Shown here: piece by piece, positions 56,079 to 64,000 of the stretch
How positions within the stretch are numbered: position 1 is the first letter of the stretch
How the letters are laid out: each line of letters opens with the position of its first letter
IMG/VR virus record: IMGVR_UViG_2890388907_000005
Coordinates: 1-64,000 of that record
Source: a virus
Lineage: Duplodnaviria > Caudoviricetes
Length of the DNA stretch: 64,000 bases
Strand: one strand, 5' to 3'
Program-made: the position numbers and the translations under genes
Notes under the pieces: generated by a model
The model's database searches: none
The model's input: the letters and a program-made list of their open reading frames with translations, nothing else
What the model was told of the DNA's origin: nothing

Positions 56079-56121
56079 CGTTGGGCATTCCTACCACATC
56101 TTGGGGTATCGGAGCAACGGT

Positions 56122-56292
56122 CTAGGGATCGCAGCGCGAGACCCGGGTAATGGGCATCTCGCGCGGCGCTTCGATGATGATGGTGGCGGCGCGCTGTCCG
56201 ATCTGAACGAACTTCAGGACGATGTCATCGCCGATGCGGATTTCCGGCGTGGAGCCGTCATTGGTGGGGACGACTCGGGTTTTCCACGACAT
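56122..56292 (-). CDS. csrA: CsrA/RsmA-like RNA-binding protein (56 aa)
   Basis: EIRIGDDIVLKFVQIGQRAATIIIEAPREMPITR aligns by eye with CsrA [42 protein letters not shown]; N-terminus divergent. Confidence 0.72.
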   Translation of the reverse strand: MSWKTRVVPTNDGSTPEIRIGDDIVLKFVQIGQRAATIIIEAPREMPITRVSRCDP

Positions 56293-56314
56293 CGGCGATG
56301 GTCCTTTTCGGGCG

Positions 56315-57250
56315 TCAGAGTTTGAGGAAGCGTTCGATCTGGTCGGGGGGCAGCCGTGCGAGCGCGGCTTCCATTTCCAGCGGGTTCTTGATGCGGTCGA
56401 TGGCCGCGAACGCGCTGTCCTCCAGCTCGGCATTGCCGTCCGAATTGAAGCCCGCGAGGGTCGGCGGGGCATCCGGCCGCGGGTCGCGCCGCTGCTCGAT
56501 CTTGGGACCGGTCTGGCGCTTCGCGGTCACGGTGGCGGCCGAGGGCAGCGCCTGACCGGTCAGCGCCTGATGCCGGGTGGCATAGATGCTGTAGGCCAGC
56601 TGGATCTGCTGGTCGCGGGTGAGGCTGACATTGGCGGTGTTGCCGGTGACCTCGCGGAGCGTGGCATCCCAGCTGTCGCGATGGGTGTCGGTCCACAACT
56701 CGGGGGCCAGTTCCTGGAAGGCGCCGAGGCGGGCGTTCCAGTGGTCGACCATCTTCTTGTTGTGCTCGTCCATCTGGCGCTGCGCCATCTCGATGGCATG
56801 CTGCGCCTTCGCCTGTTCGGCGCTGAGGGCGGCCTGCTGCGCCTGCATTTCGGCGCGGGTCAGGCTGCCATCGTCATAGCGGTCGTAGAGCGCGACCAAC
56901 TCCTCGTCGATCTTCGTGATGCGCGCCTCGACGGCGGAGAGATCGGGCACCGGGGGTTCGCGGGAGGGTTCTTCCGGCTCCGCCTCCGCCCCGGTCGCGG
57001 TTGCCTCCACCGCAGCGGCAGCGGCAGCGGCGGCGGCAGCCGCAGCCGGGGGCGCGGCACCGACTGCGGGCTCTGCGGGCTCTGCGGGCTCGGCAGCAGC
57101 GGCTGCGGCGGCTGCGGGAGGTGCGATCACGGGATCATCCCCGGTCGACAGTGCCGCGATCTCGGCATCGGTGAAACCGACATCCTTGAGCGCGGCGGCG
57201 TCGAGCTGGTCGGGAGGGAGGTGGTCGTTGTCGGACTGATTGAGGCGCAT
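56315..57250 (-). CDS. scaffold protein
   Basis: Acidic, Ala-rich coiled coil between portal and capsid; PPTLA motif. Confidence 0.75.
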   Translation of the reverse strand: MRLNQSDNDHLPPDQLDAAALKDVGFTDAEIAALSTGDDPVIAPPAAAAAAAAEPAEPAEPAVGAAPPAAAAAAAAAAAAVEATATGAEAEPEEPSREPPVPDLSAVEARITKIDEELVALYDRYDDGSLTRAEMQAQQAALSAEQAKAQHAIEMAQRQMDEHNKKMVDHWNARLGAFQELAPELWTDTHRDSWDATLREVTGNTANVSLTRDQQIQLAYSIYATRHQALTGQALPSAATVTAKRQTGPKIEQRRDPRPDAPPTLAGFNSDGNAELEDSAFAAIDRIKNPLEMEAALARLPPDQIERFLKL

Positions 57251-57251
57251 G

Positions 57252-59516
57252 TCAGGCTCCTTGGCTCACTGGCGGGACGGTCGCGGGCGGTGCCGCGGTG
57301 GGAACGGGCGGCATGGCGCCTTGGGCAGCCATGTCGGGGGGGAGACCGGCGGCGAGCCGGGCATCCCCGAGGATCTGGTCGGCTGCGGCGGCGACTGCCG
57401 GGGCGCCGGCGATCTGCAGCGCCGCCTCCATGGCCGCGGTCATCTGCGCGATCAGGTCGGTGGCGGTCGCGGCCTCGGCCTTCGAGGCTTCGGCGGTGAT
57501 CTTCCGCGCCTTGGCTTCCACTTCGGCCAGCGCCGCCATGGCCTGCCGCTTCTGCATCTCGGCGGCCTGGGCCTTCTGTTCCGCCATCTGCATCTGTTCG
57601 GGCGTCGGATTGTTCGGGTCCGCGTCGGGGTCTTCGACGCCGGTGATCTGGCGGATGCGCTTCACCAGTTCGTCGCGCTTCGGCACATCCATGGCCTCGA
57701 CGATGAGGTCGAGCATCTGGACGACGATCTGCGGGGCCGTCGCGGCGAGGCGTCCACCGAGGTCCAGCAGGGCTTCGGCCTGCGCCTGGCGCACGGTGAG
57801 GCGCCATTCCTCCTCGCCCAGCACGAAATCCGCCTTGAAGGCGGCGATGGCGTTCTCGGGGGCGCCGTCGTTGATCGGGACGAAGGCGGGATTGCCGCGG
57901 GCGTCGGTGATCCTGATCTCGTCGGCCTCGGTGTAGAACTGCTCGCAGAGGATGATGGTCTTCTCGCCATGGATTTGGCGGGAGCGGCGGAGGTTGTCGA
58001 AGAACGTGGAGGTGGCCAGCGCGCCCTGATCCTGGCGCGCGATGATCGCCTTGCCCGACTTCGCGTTGGTGGATCGGCCCATGTTCTCGTCGGTGACACC
58101 GCCGATGGACTGGATCATCTGGGCGTCGCGGCTCATCAGGTCGATGTGTGCGGCGGCGATGTTGGTGTCGCTCTGAACCACGGGTGCGGGCTGGCCCGAC
58201 TTGTATTCGATGACCGCGTCGGGCCGGCCGGCCTCGTCCCGCAGCGTCTCGATGTCGTCGACCGCGCCCTCCTGGACGGTGACCCGGGTGGTGGAGAGGT
58301 GATGCAGGGCCTTGGCGGCGCGCCGGTTCAGATCGCGCTGGATGTCGCGCACCCCGCGGATCAGCCCGTAGGGCATGCCGTCGCGGGCGCGGCGGTATCC
58401 CCAGATCGGCGTGAAGGGGTAGCGGTTGTGCCGATAGGGACTGCGGCGGATGTCGAGCAGGCCCGCATCGGTGAACAGGGCGACATGCACGATCTGGCGG
58501 GGCTGGATCGACAGCGAGGCGAGCCCGGCGTTGAGTTCGCCGACATGGCCCGGGCTCCACGGGTCGAACAACTCGCCGGCGAACTGGCCGCCGCGGATGA
58601 CGGCGGCATCGCCGACGACGCGCTTGAACCAGCACTCGATCACGCGGACCCGGTCCCGGCTCGCGGACCCAGAGGTGAGGGTGTGACCGCGCGACGCGCC
58701 GAAACCGAAATGCTCGGCCTCCGCATGGTCCATGGGCTCGTCGCCGAGTTCGTCGAGCATGAACAGGCCGGCCGAGGCCTGCGAGATGCTGCGTTCCACC
58801 AGCCCGCGCCGATCCGGCCACATCCCGTGGGCGATGTCGGCGTCCAGCCATTTCGACCGCATCAGGTAGCGGGCGTCCTGCATGTCATAGGCGGTCGAGG
58901 TGGAGTCCCAGAGCATCGAGCGCCACGACTCCGACCGCAGCATCACCGGGCCGGGGGTGTCGGGGCCGGCCTGACCGCCTTCCAGCCAGCCCAGCCCCGC
59001 CTTCACGGCCGAGGCGAATGCGTCGGAGGTGACATGATCGAAGCCGTTGGCATCGCTGACATGCTTCAGCAGCTGCGTCTTGCGTTCCGCCGCCTGTGTC
59101 CCCGCCTTCTTGCGGCTGAGGACGCGGTAGTCCATCGGGGCGCGCCGCTGGGTGCCCAGCACCCAGTTGACGGAGGTCTGGATCATATTGAAGACCAGCG
59201 GGGCTTGTCCGCGGGCGGCGAGGATCTGCAATTCCTCGTCGGTGAACTGGATGTGGTCGTAGAAATCCTCGTCAAGCGCCATTTCGAGCCGGTTTTCGGC
59301 CTGGCGGTCCAGCTCGCGGATATAGTGGCCCATGAGATTGACGTGGATGCGCTCGGCCTGCTCGCTGTCGAGGAACGAGGCCTTGGCCCGGCGGGCGGCT
59401 TCGGGGCTGCGGGCATCGGCGGGAAGATAGGTGTCCCCGGCAACCCCCTTCCGGCGCCCCGAATAGATCAGGGAGCCGGAAATCTCGTGGCGGGCGCGCT
59501 TTTCAGGATCAAACAT
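57252..59516 (-). CDS. portal protein (P22-like)
   Basis: DEDFYDHIQF, RGQAPLVFNMI, AVKAGLGWLE, PYGLIRGVRDIQRDLNRR, SGKAIIARQDQG. Confidence 0.9.
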   Translation of the reverse strand: MFDPEKRARHEISGSLIYSGRRKGVAGDTYLPADARSPEAARRAKASFLDSEQAERIHVNLMGHYIRELDRQAENRLEMALDEDFYDHIQFTDEELQILAARGQAPLVFNMIQTSVNWVLGTQRRAPMDYRVLSRKKAGTQAAERKTQLLKHVSDANGFDHVTSDAFASAVKAGLGWLEGGQAGPDTPGPVMLRSESWRSMLWDSTSTAYDMQDARYLMRSKWLDADIAHGMWPDRRGLVERSISQASAGLFMLDELGDEPMDHAEAEHFGFGASRGHTLTSGSASRDRVRVIECWFKRVVGDAAVIRGGQFAGELFDPWSPGHVGELNAGLASLSIQPRQIVHVALFTDAGLLDIRRSPYRHNRYPFTPIWGYRRARDGMPYGLIRGVRDIQRDLNRRAAKALHHLSTTRVTVQEGAVDDIETLRDEAGRPDAVIEYKSGQPAPVVQSDTNIAAAHIDLMSRDAQMIQSIGGVTDENMGRSTNAKSGKAIIARQDQGALATSTFFDNLRRSRQIHGEKTIILCEQFYTEADEIRITDARGNPAFVPINDGAPENAIAAFKADFVLGEEEWRLTVRQAQAEALLDLGGRLAATAPQIVVQMLDLIVEAMDVPKRDELVKRIRQITGVEDPDADPNNPTPEQMQMAEQKAQAAEMQKRQAMAALAEVEAKARKITAEASKAEAATATDLIAQMTAAMEAALQIAGAPAVAAAADQILGDARLAAGLPPDMAAQGAMPPVPTAAPPATVPPVSQGA

Positions 59517-59979
59517 CGGTGCTGATCTCCGTCTCGATCGTGCGGCCGGAGGCGCGATCCGTCATTGTGACCTCCCCGATGGGCAGAGACTTGCCGAAAA
59601 TCTCCGGTGGATCGGGTGGCATATGGAACACGTCGCGGATTCCGTCGTTGATGGCGTCGAGGATTGCGACGTGGTCTCGCGCGTGGTGGGCGCTACCAGG
59701 AAGGAGCCCCGCCCCCAGCCATTCGTTGATCCTCAGGCCCGCATAGACGGGGTCTCCGACGCTGCGATCCTCCGGCATGGCGAAACGCCAGAGGTCGGAC
59801 ATGAGGATGACTACTGGCGTGGTGCGGCCGCGGGCAATTGGCCGGCCGGGATGCAGCAGGACCAGACATGGTTCGTAGCTGGCCCGGCCGGTTCGCCACC
59901 AACTCCCGATCAGGATGATGTTCTTGGTGATCCGCTCGAAGGCGCGGAGGCGGAGATCGAGGGGGGGGAAATCGGTCAT
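59509..59979 (-). CDS. conserved hypothetical protein between terminase and portal
   Basis: Overlaps both neighbours. Confidence 0.7.
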   Translation of the reverse strand: MTDFPPLDLRLRAFERITKNIILIGSWWRTGRASYEPCLVLLHPGRPIARGRTTPVVILMSDLWRFAMPEDRSVGDPVYAGLRINEWLGAGLLPGSAHHARDHVAILDAINDGIRDVFHMPPDPPEIFGKSLPIGEVTMTDRASGRTIETEISTDV

Positions 59980-61634
59980 GCGGTCAGTCCTGTGGCGCGG
60001 CGGCGCGGGCGTTCGGTCAAGCCATTCGCCGCCCGGGCTTTGGCCTCGGCGGCGGCGTTGGTGCGGGAGTAGCCTTGGGGGTGCTGGCGGATCGCGTCGG
60101 CGGCGTGGCTATGCTCGTCGTGGCGCGGATGATCGTGCCAGACCTGCAGCCTTGTGTTCCACTCGCGGGAGTAGTTTTCGATGTGGGCGATGCCCTCCTT
60201 GCAGGCCTCTTCATCGAAGCGGAAGCGGGGGAAAGCCTGTCGCGTCAGGTCGATGCCGTGCTGGATGTTCTGGACTCGCGGCACCACCTGCCACGTCCAT
60301 GACGGCCGCATCTCGCGCAGGATCATCACCGGCGAGGCGAGGGCGAAATCGCTGGGCCGGTGCTGGTTCTGCTGACGCTTCTGGTCGGCGTCGTGGGGGA
60401 GATAGTGGCGGCCCCAGATGAACCGCTGGCTCTCCATCCACTCGATGAAATGGAGGTAGCCGGCCCCTGCGGCTTCATGGAAGCCTATCCAGTGGTCCCA
60501 GCCGTCGACGTCCTGATGCAGCCAGATCGCGGTGTCGTCGGCCGCACCCAGATCCCAGAACGAATTGACGGGGACGTGGCGCAGGACGGGCAGCTTGCAG
60601 ATCCTGCCCTCGCGCCGGGCGATCAGCATGGCGGTGGCGTAGTATTTGCCCTCGGTCGAGGCCTGCCAGCATTCGGTGGGGGTGGACGGATACTCCCGCC
60701 ACATCAGGTCGGGGGTGGTTGCGAAGTCGGTGTCGCGTTTCGCGATATACCAGGCGCGCTGGTGCAGGTCGATCTCGCAATCCATCGCCCCTTCGACGGT
60801 GTCGAAGTAGAGGTGTTCCTTCGCGCTGATCTTGATCCTGGCGGTCTGCTCGGGCCGCAGCCGGTATTCCGGCGCCTTCCACCATGGGAAAAAATGGAAG
60901 CGATATTCGAGGTTGGTCAGCGGTTCAGCGGCTTCGGTCGCGGCGCGACGTTCGGCGCGGGTGCAGATGTCGTAGAAGCTGCCGCTCTGGCCCTCGGCGG
61001 TGGACTCGATGAAGACAATCCCGGTTGCGGGGACACCCTGCAGCGAGCCGGTGGTGATCTCGACGGCCTTGTCCGGGTATTTCGCCGCGATCTTGCCCAT
61101 CTCCGAGATGTGCAGGAAATGCGGGGTGCCGCCCCGGGCCGACGAGGTCACCTCGATGGATGAGCCATTGGCGAACACCATCTGCGTCTGGGTCCGCTCC
61201 ACGGTGGGGACCAGCGCGCGGACGAACGGGGGGAGGTTGTCGTAGGCGAAGCACACCTTCTTCCGGTAGAGCTTGGTGGCCGCATCCTTGGTGTGAGCGA
61301 TGACGACGACTTCCTGGTCCCGGTTGAACAGAGCCTGATCGAGGCCGAGGATTTCGATCAGGGTGGAGAAGCCCAGCTGGCGGGCCTTCGGGATCACATT
61401 GCGGTAGTGCAGATCGTCGAGGAGTTCGCGCTGCGCCGCATTGGGCCGGAAGGGGGCCGCGATTTCGGGCTCGTCATCGGCGGCGTCATCGCCCTTGGTG
61501 GTGATCTTGTAGAGCCGGCCGGAATAGATGCGCCAGCGCCATGAAGCCAGCGCCCGCAGCAGATCGGCATCGGTCTGTGGGTCGAAGTCCTCGTCGACCT
61601 CTTCGGGGGTGGGGATGGGGCGCACCTGGCTCAA
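59976..61634 (-). CDS. terL: terminase large subunit
   Basis: KARQLGFST, LHISEMGKI, IESTAEG, WDLG..DDTAIW, HYLPHD, SHAADA. Confidence 0.93.
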   Translation of the reverse strand: MSQVRPIPTPEEVDEDFDPQTDADLLRALASWRWRIYSGRLYKITTKGDDAADDEPEIAAPFRPNAAQRELLDDLHYRNVIPKARQLGFSTLIEILGLDQALFNRDQEVVVIAHTKDAATKLYRKKVCFAYDNLPPFVRALVPTVERTQTQMVFANGSSIEVTSSARGGTPHFLHISEMGKIAAKYPDKAVEITTGSLQGVPATGIVFIESTAEGQSGSFYDICTRAERRAATEAAEPLTNLEYRFHFFPWWKAPEYRLRPEQTARIKISAKEHLYFDTVEGAMDCEIDLHQRAWYIAKRDTDFATTPDLMWREYPSTPTECWQASTEGKYYATAMLIARREGRICKLPVLRHVPVNSFWDLGAADDTAIWLHQDVDGWDHWIGFHEAAGAGYLHFIEWMESQRFIWGRHYLPHDADQKRQQNQHRPSDFALASPVMILREMRPSWTWQVVPRVQNIQHGIDLTRQAFPRFRFDEEACKEGIAHIENYSREWNTRLQVWHDHPRHDEHSHAADAIRQHPQGYSRTNAAAEAKARAANGLTERPRRRATGLTA

Positions 61635-62218
61635 CTCGTGCCCCCGGTGCGGCGCAGGGGCGCCTTCGACCCGCGGTCGACCAGCTGCTTGAACGCATCG
61701 GCGAAGGCGTTGGCGAGGCCTTCGTCGCGCTTGCTGAAGGCGCCGGTATGCTCGGCGAGCGCCATCAGGGCCTTGATCTTGTCGTGCAGCTTGATCTTGG
61801 TCTTACGGACGTAGATCGGGGCTTCTCCCGGTCCCTCGACGACGGTCTCGGTGCTGACCTCGGCGAGCGCGTCCAGATCGTCCAGCGGTGTGGAGGTGAG
61901 GTCGATGGCGGGCTGGCCATTGCCGTCGATGCTGATGAACTGGCGCATCGAGGCGAAACCGATCTTGGCCAGTTCCGCGATGACGCGATCCGCGTCGATT
62001 TCGGTTCTCTCCGCCCGGGAGGCCTTGCCGGCCTCGATCTGGGCGAGGACGCGCGGATCGCGCATCAGCTTGGACGCGGTCACGGCTGCGGACTCGGGCG
62101 CATATCCTGCGCGGATCGCGGCGGCGGTCTGGTTGAGGTCGAGCAGATACTCCCGGCAGAATGCTTTCTGCCGGTCGGTCATCGGGCGCGACTGATCCTT
62201 TGCGCTTGACCGCGGCAT
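61631..62218 (-). CDS. terS: terminase small subunit
   Basis: MTDRQKAFCREYLLDLNQTAAAIRAGY, KIKLHDKIKAL. Confidence 0.92.
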   Translation of the reverse strand: MPRSSAKDQSRPMTDRQKAFCREYLLDLNQTAAAIRAGYAPESAAVTASKLMRDPRVLAQIEAGKASRAERTEIDADRVIAELAKIGFASMRQFISIDGNGQPAIDLTSTPLDDLDALAEVSTETVVEGPGEAPIYVRKTKIKLHDKIKALMALAEHTGAFSKRDEGLANAFADAFKQLVDRGSKAPLRRTGGTS

Positions 62219-62364
62219 CCTGCCATGTCCCTCGCGGCGGTGTATCCGCCATTGCTGCTCAATATGCAGCACCAGAGGGCATTCGCGCAACAGGTGTAGA
62301 GGGGCCCAAGCGCCGCCCCCACCAGATGTTGCATGTTATGATTCATTAGCCTGCGACGCCGCCC

Positions 62365-62649
62365 TCAGATGGGGGGCGAATTGCCGTAGGGCGCGAAAAT
62401 CCGAGCCGGCTCAAGGCGGATGTCTCCTGCGCTGTTATGGCAGACATACACCGGCTGGGGCGTAGTGAAATGCTCGCTGGACAGCTTGACGAGGCCGGTC
62501 CAGTTGATCTTGTCGAAGGTCTTCTTCCTAAGCTCGATCTCGGCAGCCAAGGCGTCGATACGCTCCTGCGGCCAGTAGGGGGTGGCAGCGAGCGCAACGG
62601 CGAGGTCATCGAAACTGCCGTATTTGTCCTCGGTGGGTTTGGTGGTCAT
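62365..62649 (-). CDS. hypothetical protein
   Basis: AGGAG SD; more AT-rich than flanks. Confidence 0.6.
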   Translation of the reverse strand: MTTKPTEDKYGSFDDLAVALAATPYWPQERIDALAAEIELRKKTFDKINWTGLVKLSSEHFTTPQPVYVCHNSAGDIRLEPARIFAPYGNSPPI

Positions 62650-62741
62650 CTTGTTTCTCCTGATGTGCGAGTCGGCCCCGCGCTGCTGTGGGTCATGCTG
62701 GCGCACGGGATGCCGGCCCCGCAAGGCCGGTCACCAGTGGG

Positions 62742-63011
62742 TCAGCCCGGGGTGTCGGTGCCACGTTCTTCGAGGTAGACCCGATGGGCATCGCGGTCGA
62801 TTTCGGCCAGCGATAGCCCTGCCAGATCGCAGGCGTGGCGCACATCGGTCAGGAGGTCTTGGATGACGGAGCGGGGGCTGTCGTAGTGCCCGGCCAGCGC
62901 CGCCGCGCTGGTGATCAGGCGCGCGCCCAGATGCGCTGCGGTCAGCTCGTCCTCGGCCATGTCCAGCGCCTCCAACGTGAGCGCGTCGATGCGGTCCTCG
63001 ATGTCGGTCAT
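62742..63011 (-). CDS. hypothetical protein
   Basis: IQDLLTDVRHACD...A..VYLEER motif. Confidence 0.7.
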   Translation of the reverse strand: MTDIEDRIDALTLEALDMAEDELTAAHLGARLITSAAALAGHYDSPRSVIQDLLTDVRHACDLAGLSLAEIDRDAHRVYLEERGTDTPG

Positions 63012-63012
63012 A

Positions 63013-63540
63013 TCAGGCATCCATTTTGGTGGCGGTGAGGCGGGGCGTGGTGATGCGGAGGTCGATCTTGGAGCGCCCCCGACGCGCCACGGTGGCATGG
63101 GCGCGGGCGAATGCGTCGTCCATCGACGCGGCGGTGATCGAGAAATCGGCGCGGCCCATGCGCCCGGTGCGGGTGCAGTAGGTGGCGGTGACGAGATAGA
63201 TCGCGGTGGCCTCGGTGGGGCCGGGCTCGGCCGGCGACGTGGCGACCCGCAGGTATTCCCGCAGGATCGCCGCGATGTCGTCGGTGGCCATGGACGGACA
63301 GTCGGCGCAGGGGCTGTAGCCGATCAGGTCTTCATAGAGGCGATCCAGCGCGGCGCGACGCCATTCCTCGAAGGTGAGGCCTGCCGTGTAGGCGGCGGTG
63401 GTGACCTCGAAGCATTTGACCAGATAGGCGTCATCGGAGCCCTCCCCGCAGGGGCTGGTCCGGCTGTAGATCGCGAGGGCCAGCGCCTCGGCGCGGGGAT
63501 CGTGGTCCGAGGGGTCGAAGTCGGTGATCGGGAGGGACAT
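63013..63540 (-). CDS. hypothetical protein
   Basis: AAGGAG SD; 175 aa. Confidence 0.65.
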   Translation of the reverse strand: MSLPITDFDPSDHDPRAEALALAIYSRTSPCGEGSDDAYLVKCFEVTTAAYTAGLTFEEWRRAALDRLYEDLIGYSPCADCPSMATDDIAAILREYLRVATSPAEPGPTEATAIYLVTATYCTRTGRMGRADFSITAASMDDAFARAHATVARRGRSKIDLRITTPRLTATKMDA

Positions 63541-63568
63541 CCTTGTCTCCTTGTGCTTGCGTTCTCTC

Positions 63569-63626
63569 TGTAGTTATATGTAGTCATAACCCATAGGTCA
63601 ACTACAGACTACTACAGGTGACTACA
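63569..63626. repeat. 10-bp-phased ACTACA operator array
   Basis: TGTAGT at 63569 and 63579; ACTACA at 63601, 63611, 63621. Confidence 0.8.
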
Positions 63627-63772
63627 TGACCAAGACGTTGCCCCTGTCCTTTCGGCTGGACCCTGCCGACAAGCTGGCGCTGGAGCGCGCAGCTGCTGCC
63701 GACGGCCGCTCGGTCTCCAACCTCCTGGTCCTGATCGTCCGCGAGTGGCTGGCCGCTCATCCGACATCGTAG
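63626..63772 (+). CDS. ribbon-helix-helix (Arc/CopG-like) repressor, 48 aa (not in ORF track)
   Basis: MTKTLPLSFRLDPADKLALERAAAADGRSVSNLLVLIVREWL. Confidence 0.8.
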   Translation: MTKTLPLSFRLDPADKLALERAAAADGRSVSNLLVLIVREWLAAHPTS

Positions 63773-63999
63773 CCGTGGTCGCGCAGGACGCGGCGCAGAT
63801 GCGATAGCGCCCCCTTCGGATTGCCGCCGGCGCGCGGGGTGCATGCGATCGTGTGACGGAGCATGCCGCCGCAGGGCAGCCGGATCATCAGATAGGGGTG
63901 GCCGTGGCCGCTGGGACCATGCGTCTCGAACCGCCAGCCCAGCGCGTCGAGGAAGGCGGCGATGGCGCGGTAGGAGTCACTCTGCCGGAGCTTCTGCTC
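63757..63999 (-). CDS. HicA-like fold protein (partial, starts beyond window)
   Basis: AFLDALGWRFE..GPSGHGHPYL...TIACTP...LSHLRRVLR. Confidence 0.5.
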   Translation of the reverse strand, partial: EQKLRQSDSYRAIAAFLDALGWRFETHGPSGHGHPYLMIRLPCGGMLRHTIACTPRAGGNPKGALSHLRRVLRDHGYDVG

Positions 64000-64000
64000 G

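Larger units (their letters stand above)
15264..64000. mobile_element. podoviral prophage, Bcep22-like organisation (continues beyond window end)
   Basis: TerS, TerL, portal, scaffold, CsrA-like, N4-gp56-type capsid, adaptors, tail, ejection proteins, giant DarB-like protein and lysis genes; no tape measure or sheath. Confidence 0.9.

Noticed and set aside
57005-57120. GCA/GCG and GCGGGCTCT microrepeats
   Set aside because: Encode the poly-Ala/AEP linker of the scaffold protein; not a CRISPR or regulatory array.
1-64000. CRISPR array, diversity-generating retroelement, invertase cassette or integrase
   Set aside because: No spaced repeat array, reverse transcriptase motif or recombinase ORF recognised in the window by eye.

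Overview
High-GC DNA, probably from a Rhodobacteraceae-type alphaproteobacterium (host assignment is inference). Three stacked mobile layers are visible. (1) 1-14756 is the left half of a Mu-like transposable prophage on the minus strand: repressor/Ner-like switch, ParB-like gene, MuA, MuB, DUF3164, GemA, an antirepressor with a c4-like antisense leader, a Mor/C-like activator and an amidase. Its TG end sits inside the 5' part of a putative DUF3883-type gene. (2) 14757-15263 is a short island or host remnant ending in a tRNA(Ser)-like 3' att core. (3) 15264 to beyond 64000 is a Bcep22/N4-gp56-capsid-type podoviral prophage with an accessory DNA-modification cassette, lysis genes, a 4625-aa DarB-like polyvalent protein, and ejection, tail, head and packaging genes. 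The strongest candidate for a new system is a phage-encoded CsrA-like protein together with a conserved GGA-loop hairpin (AU-AGGAN-GUG) in four structural/lysis operon leaders and GGA hairpins over two start codons, which suggests a phage-internal translational regulon. Also notable are three +1-frame genes nested in linkers of the giant protein and a cytosine methyltransferase apparently split over two overlapping frames. All family calls come from manual motif recognition; no database searches were run.
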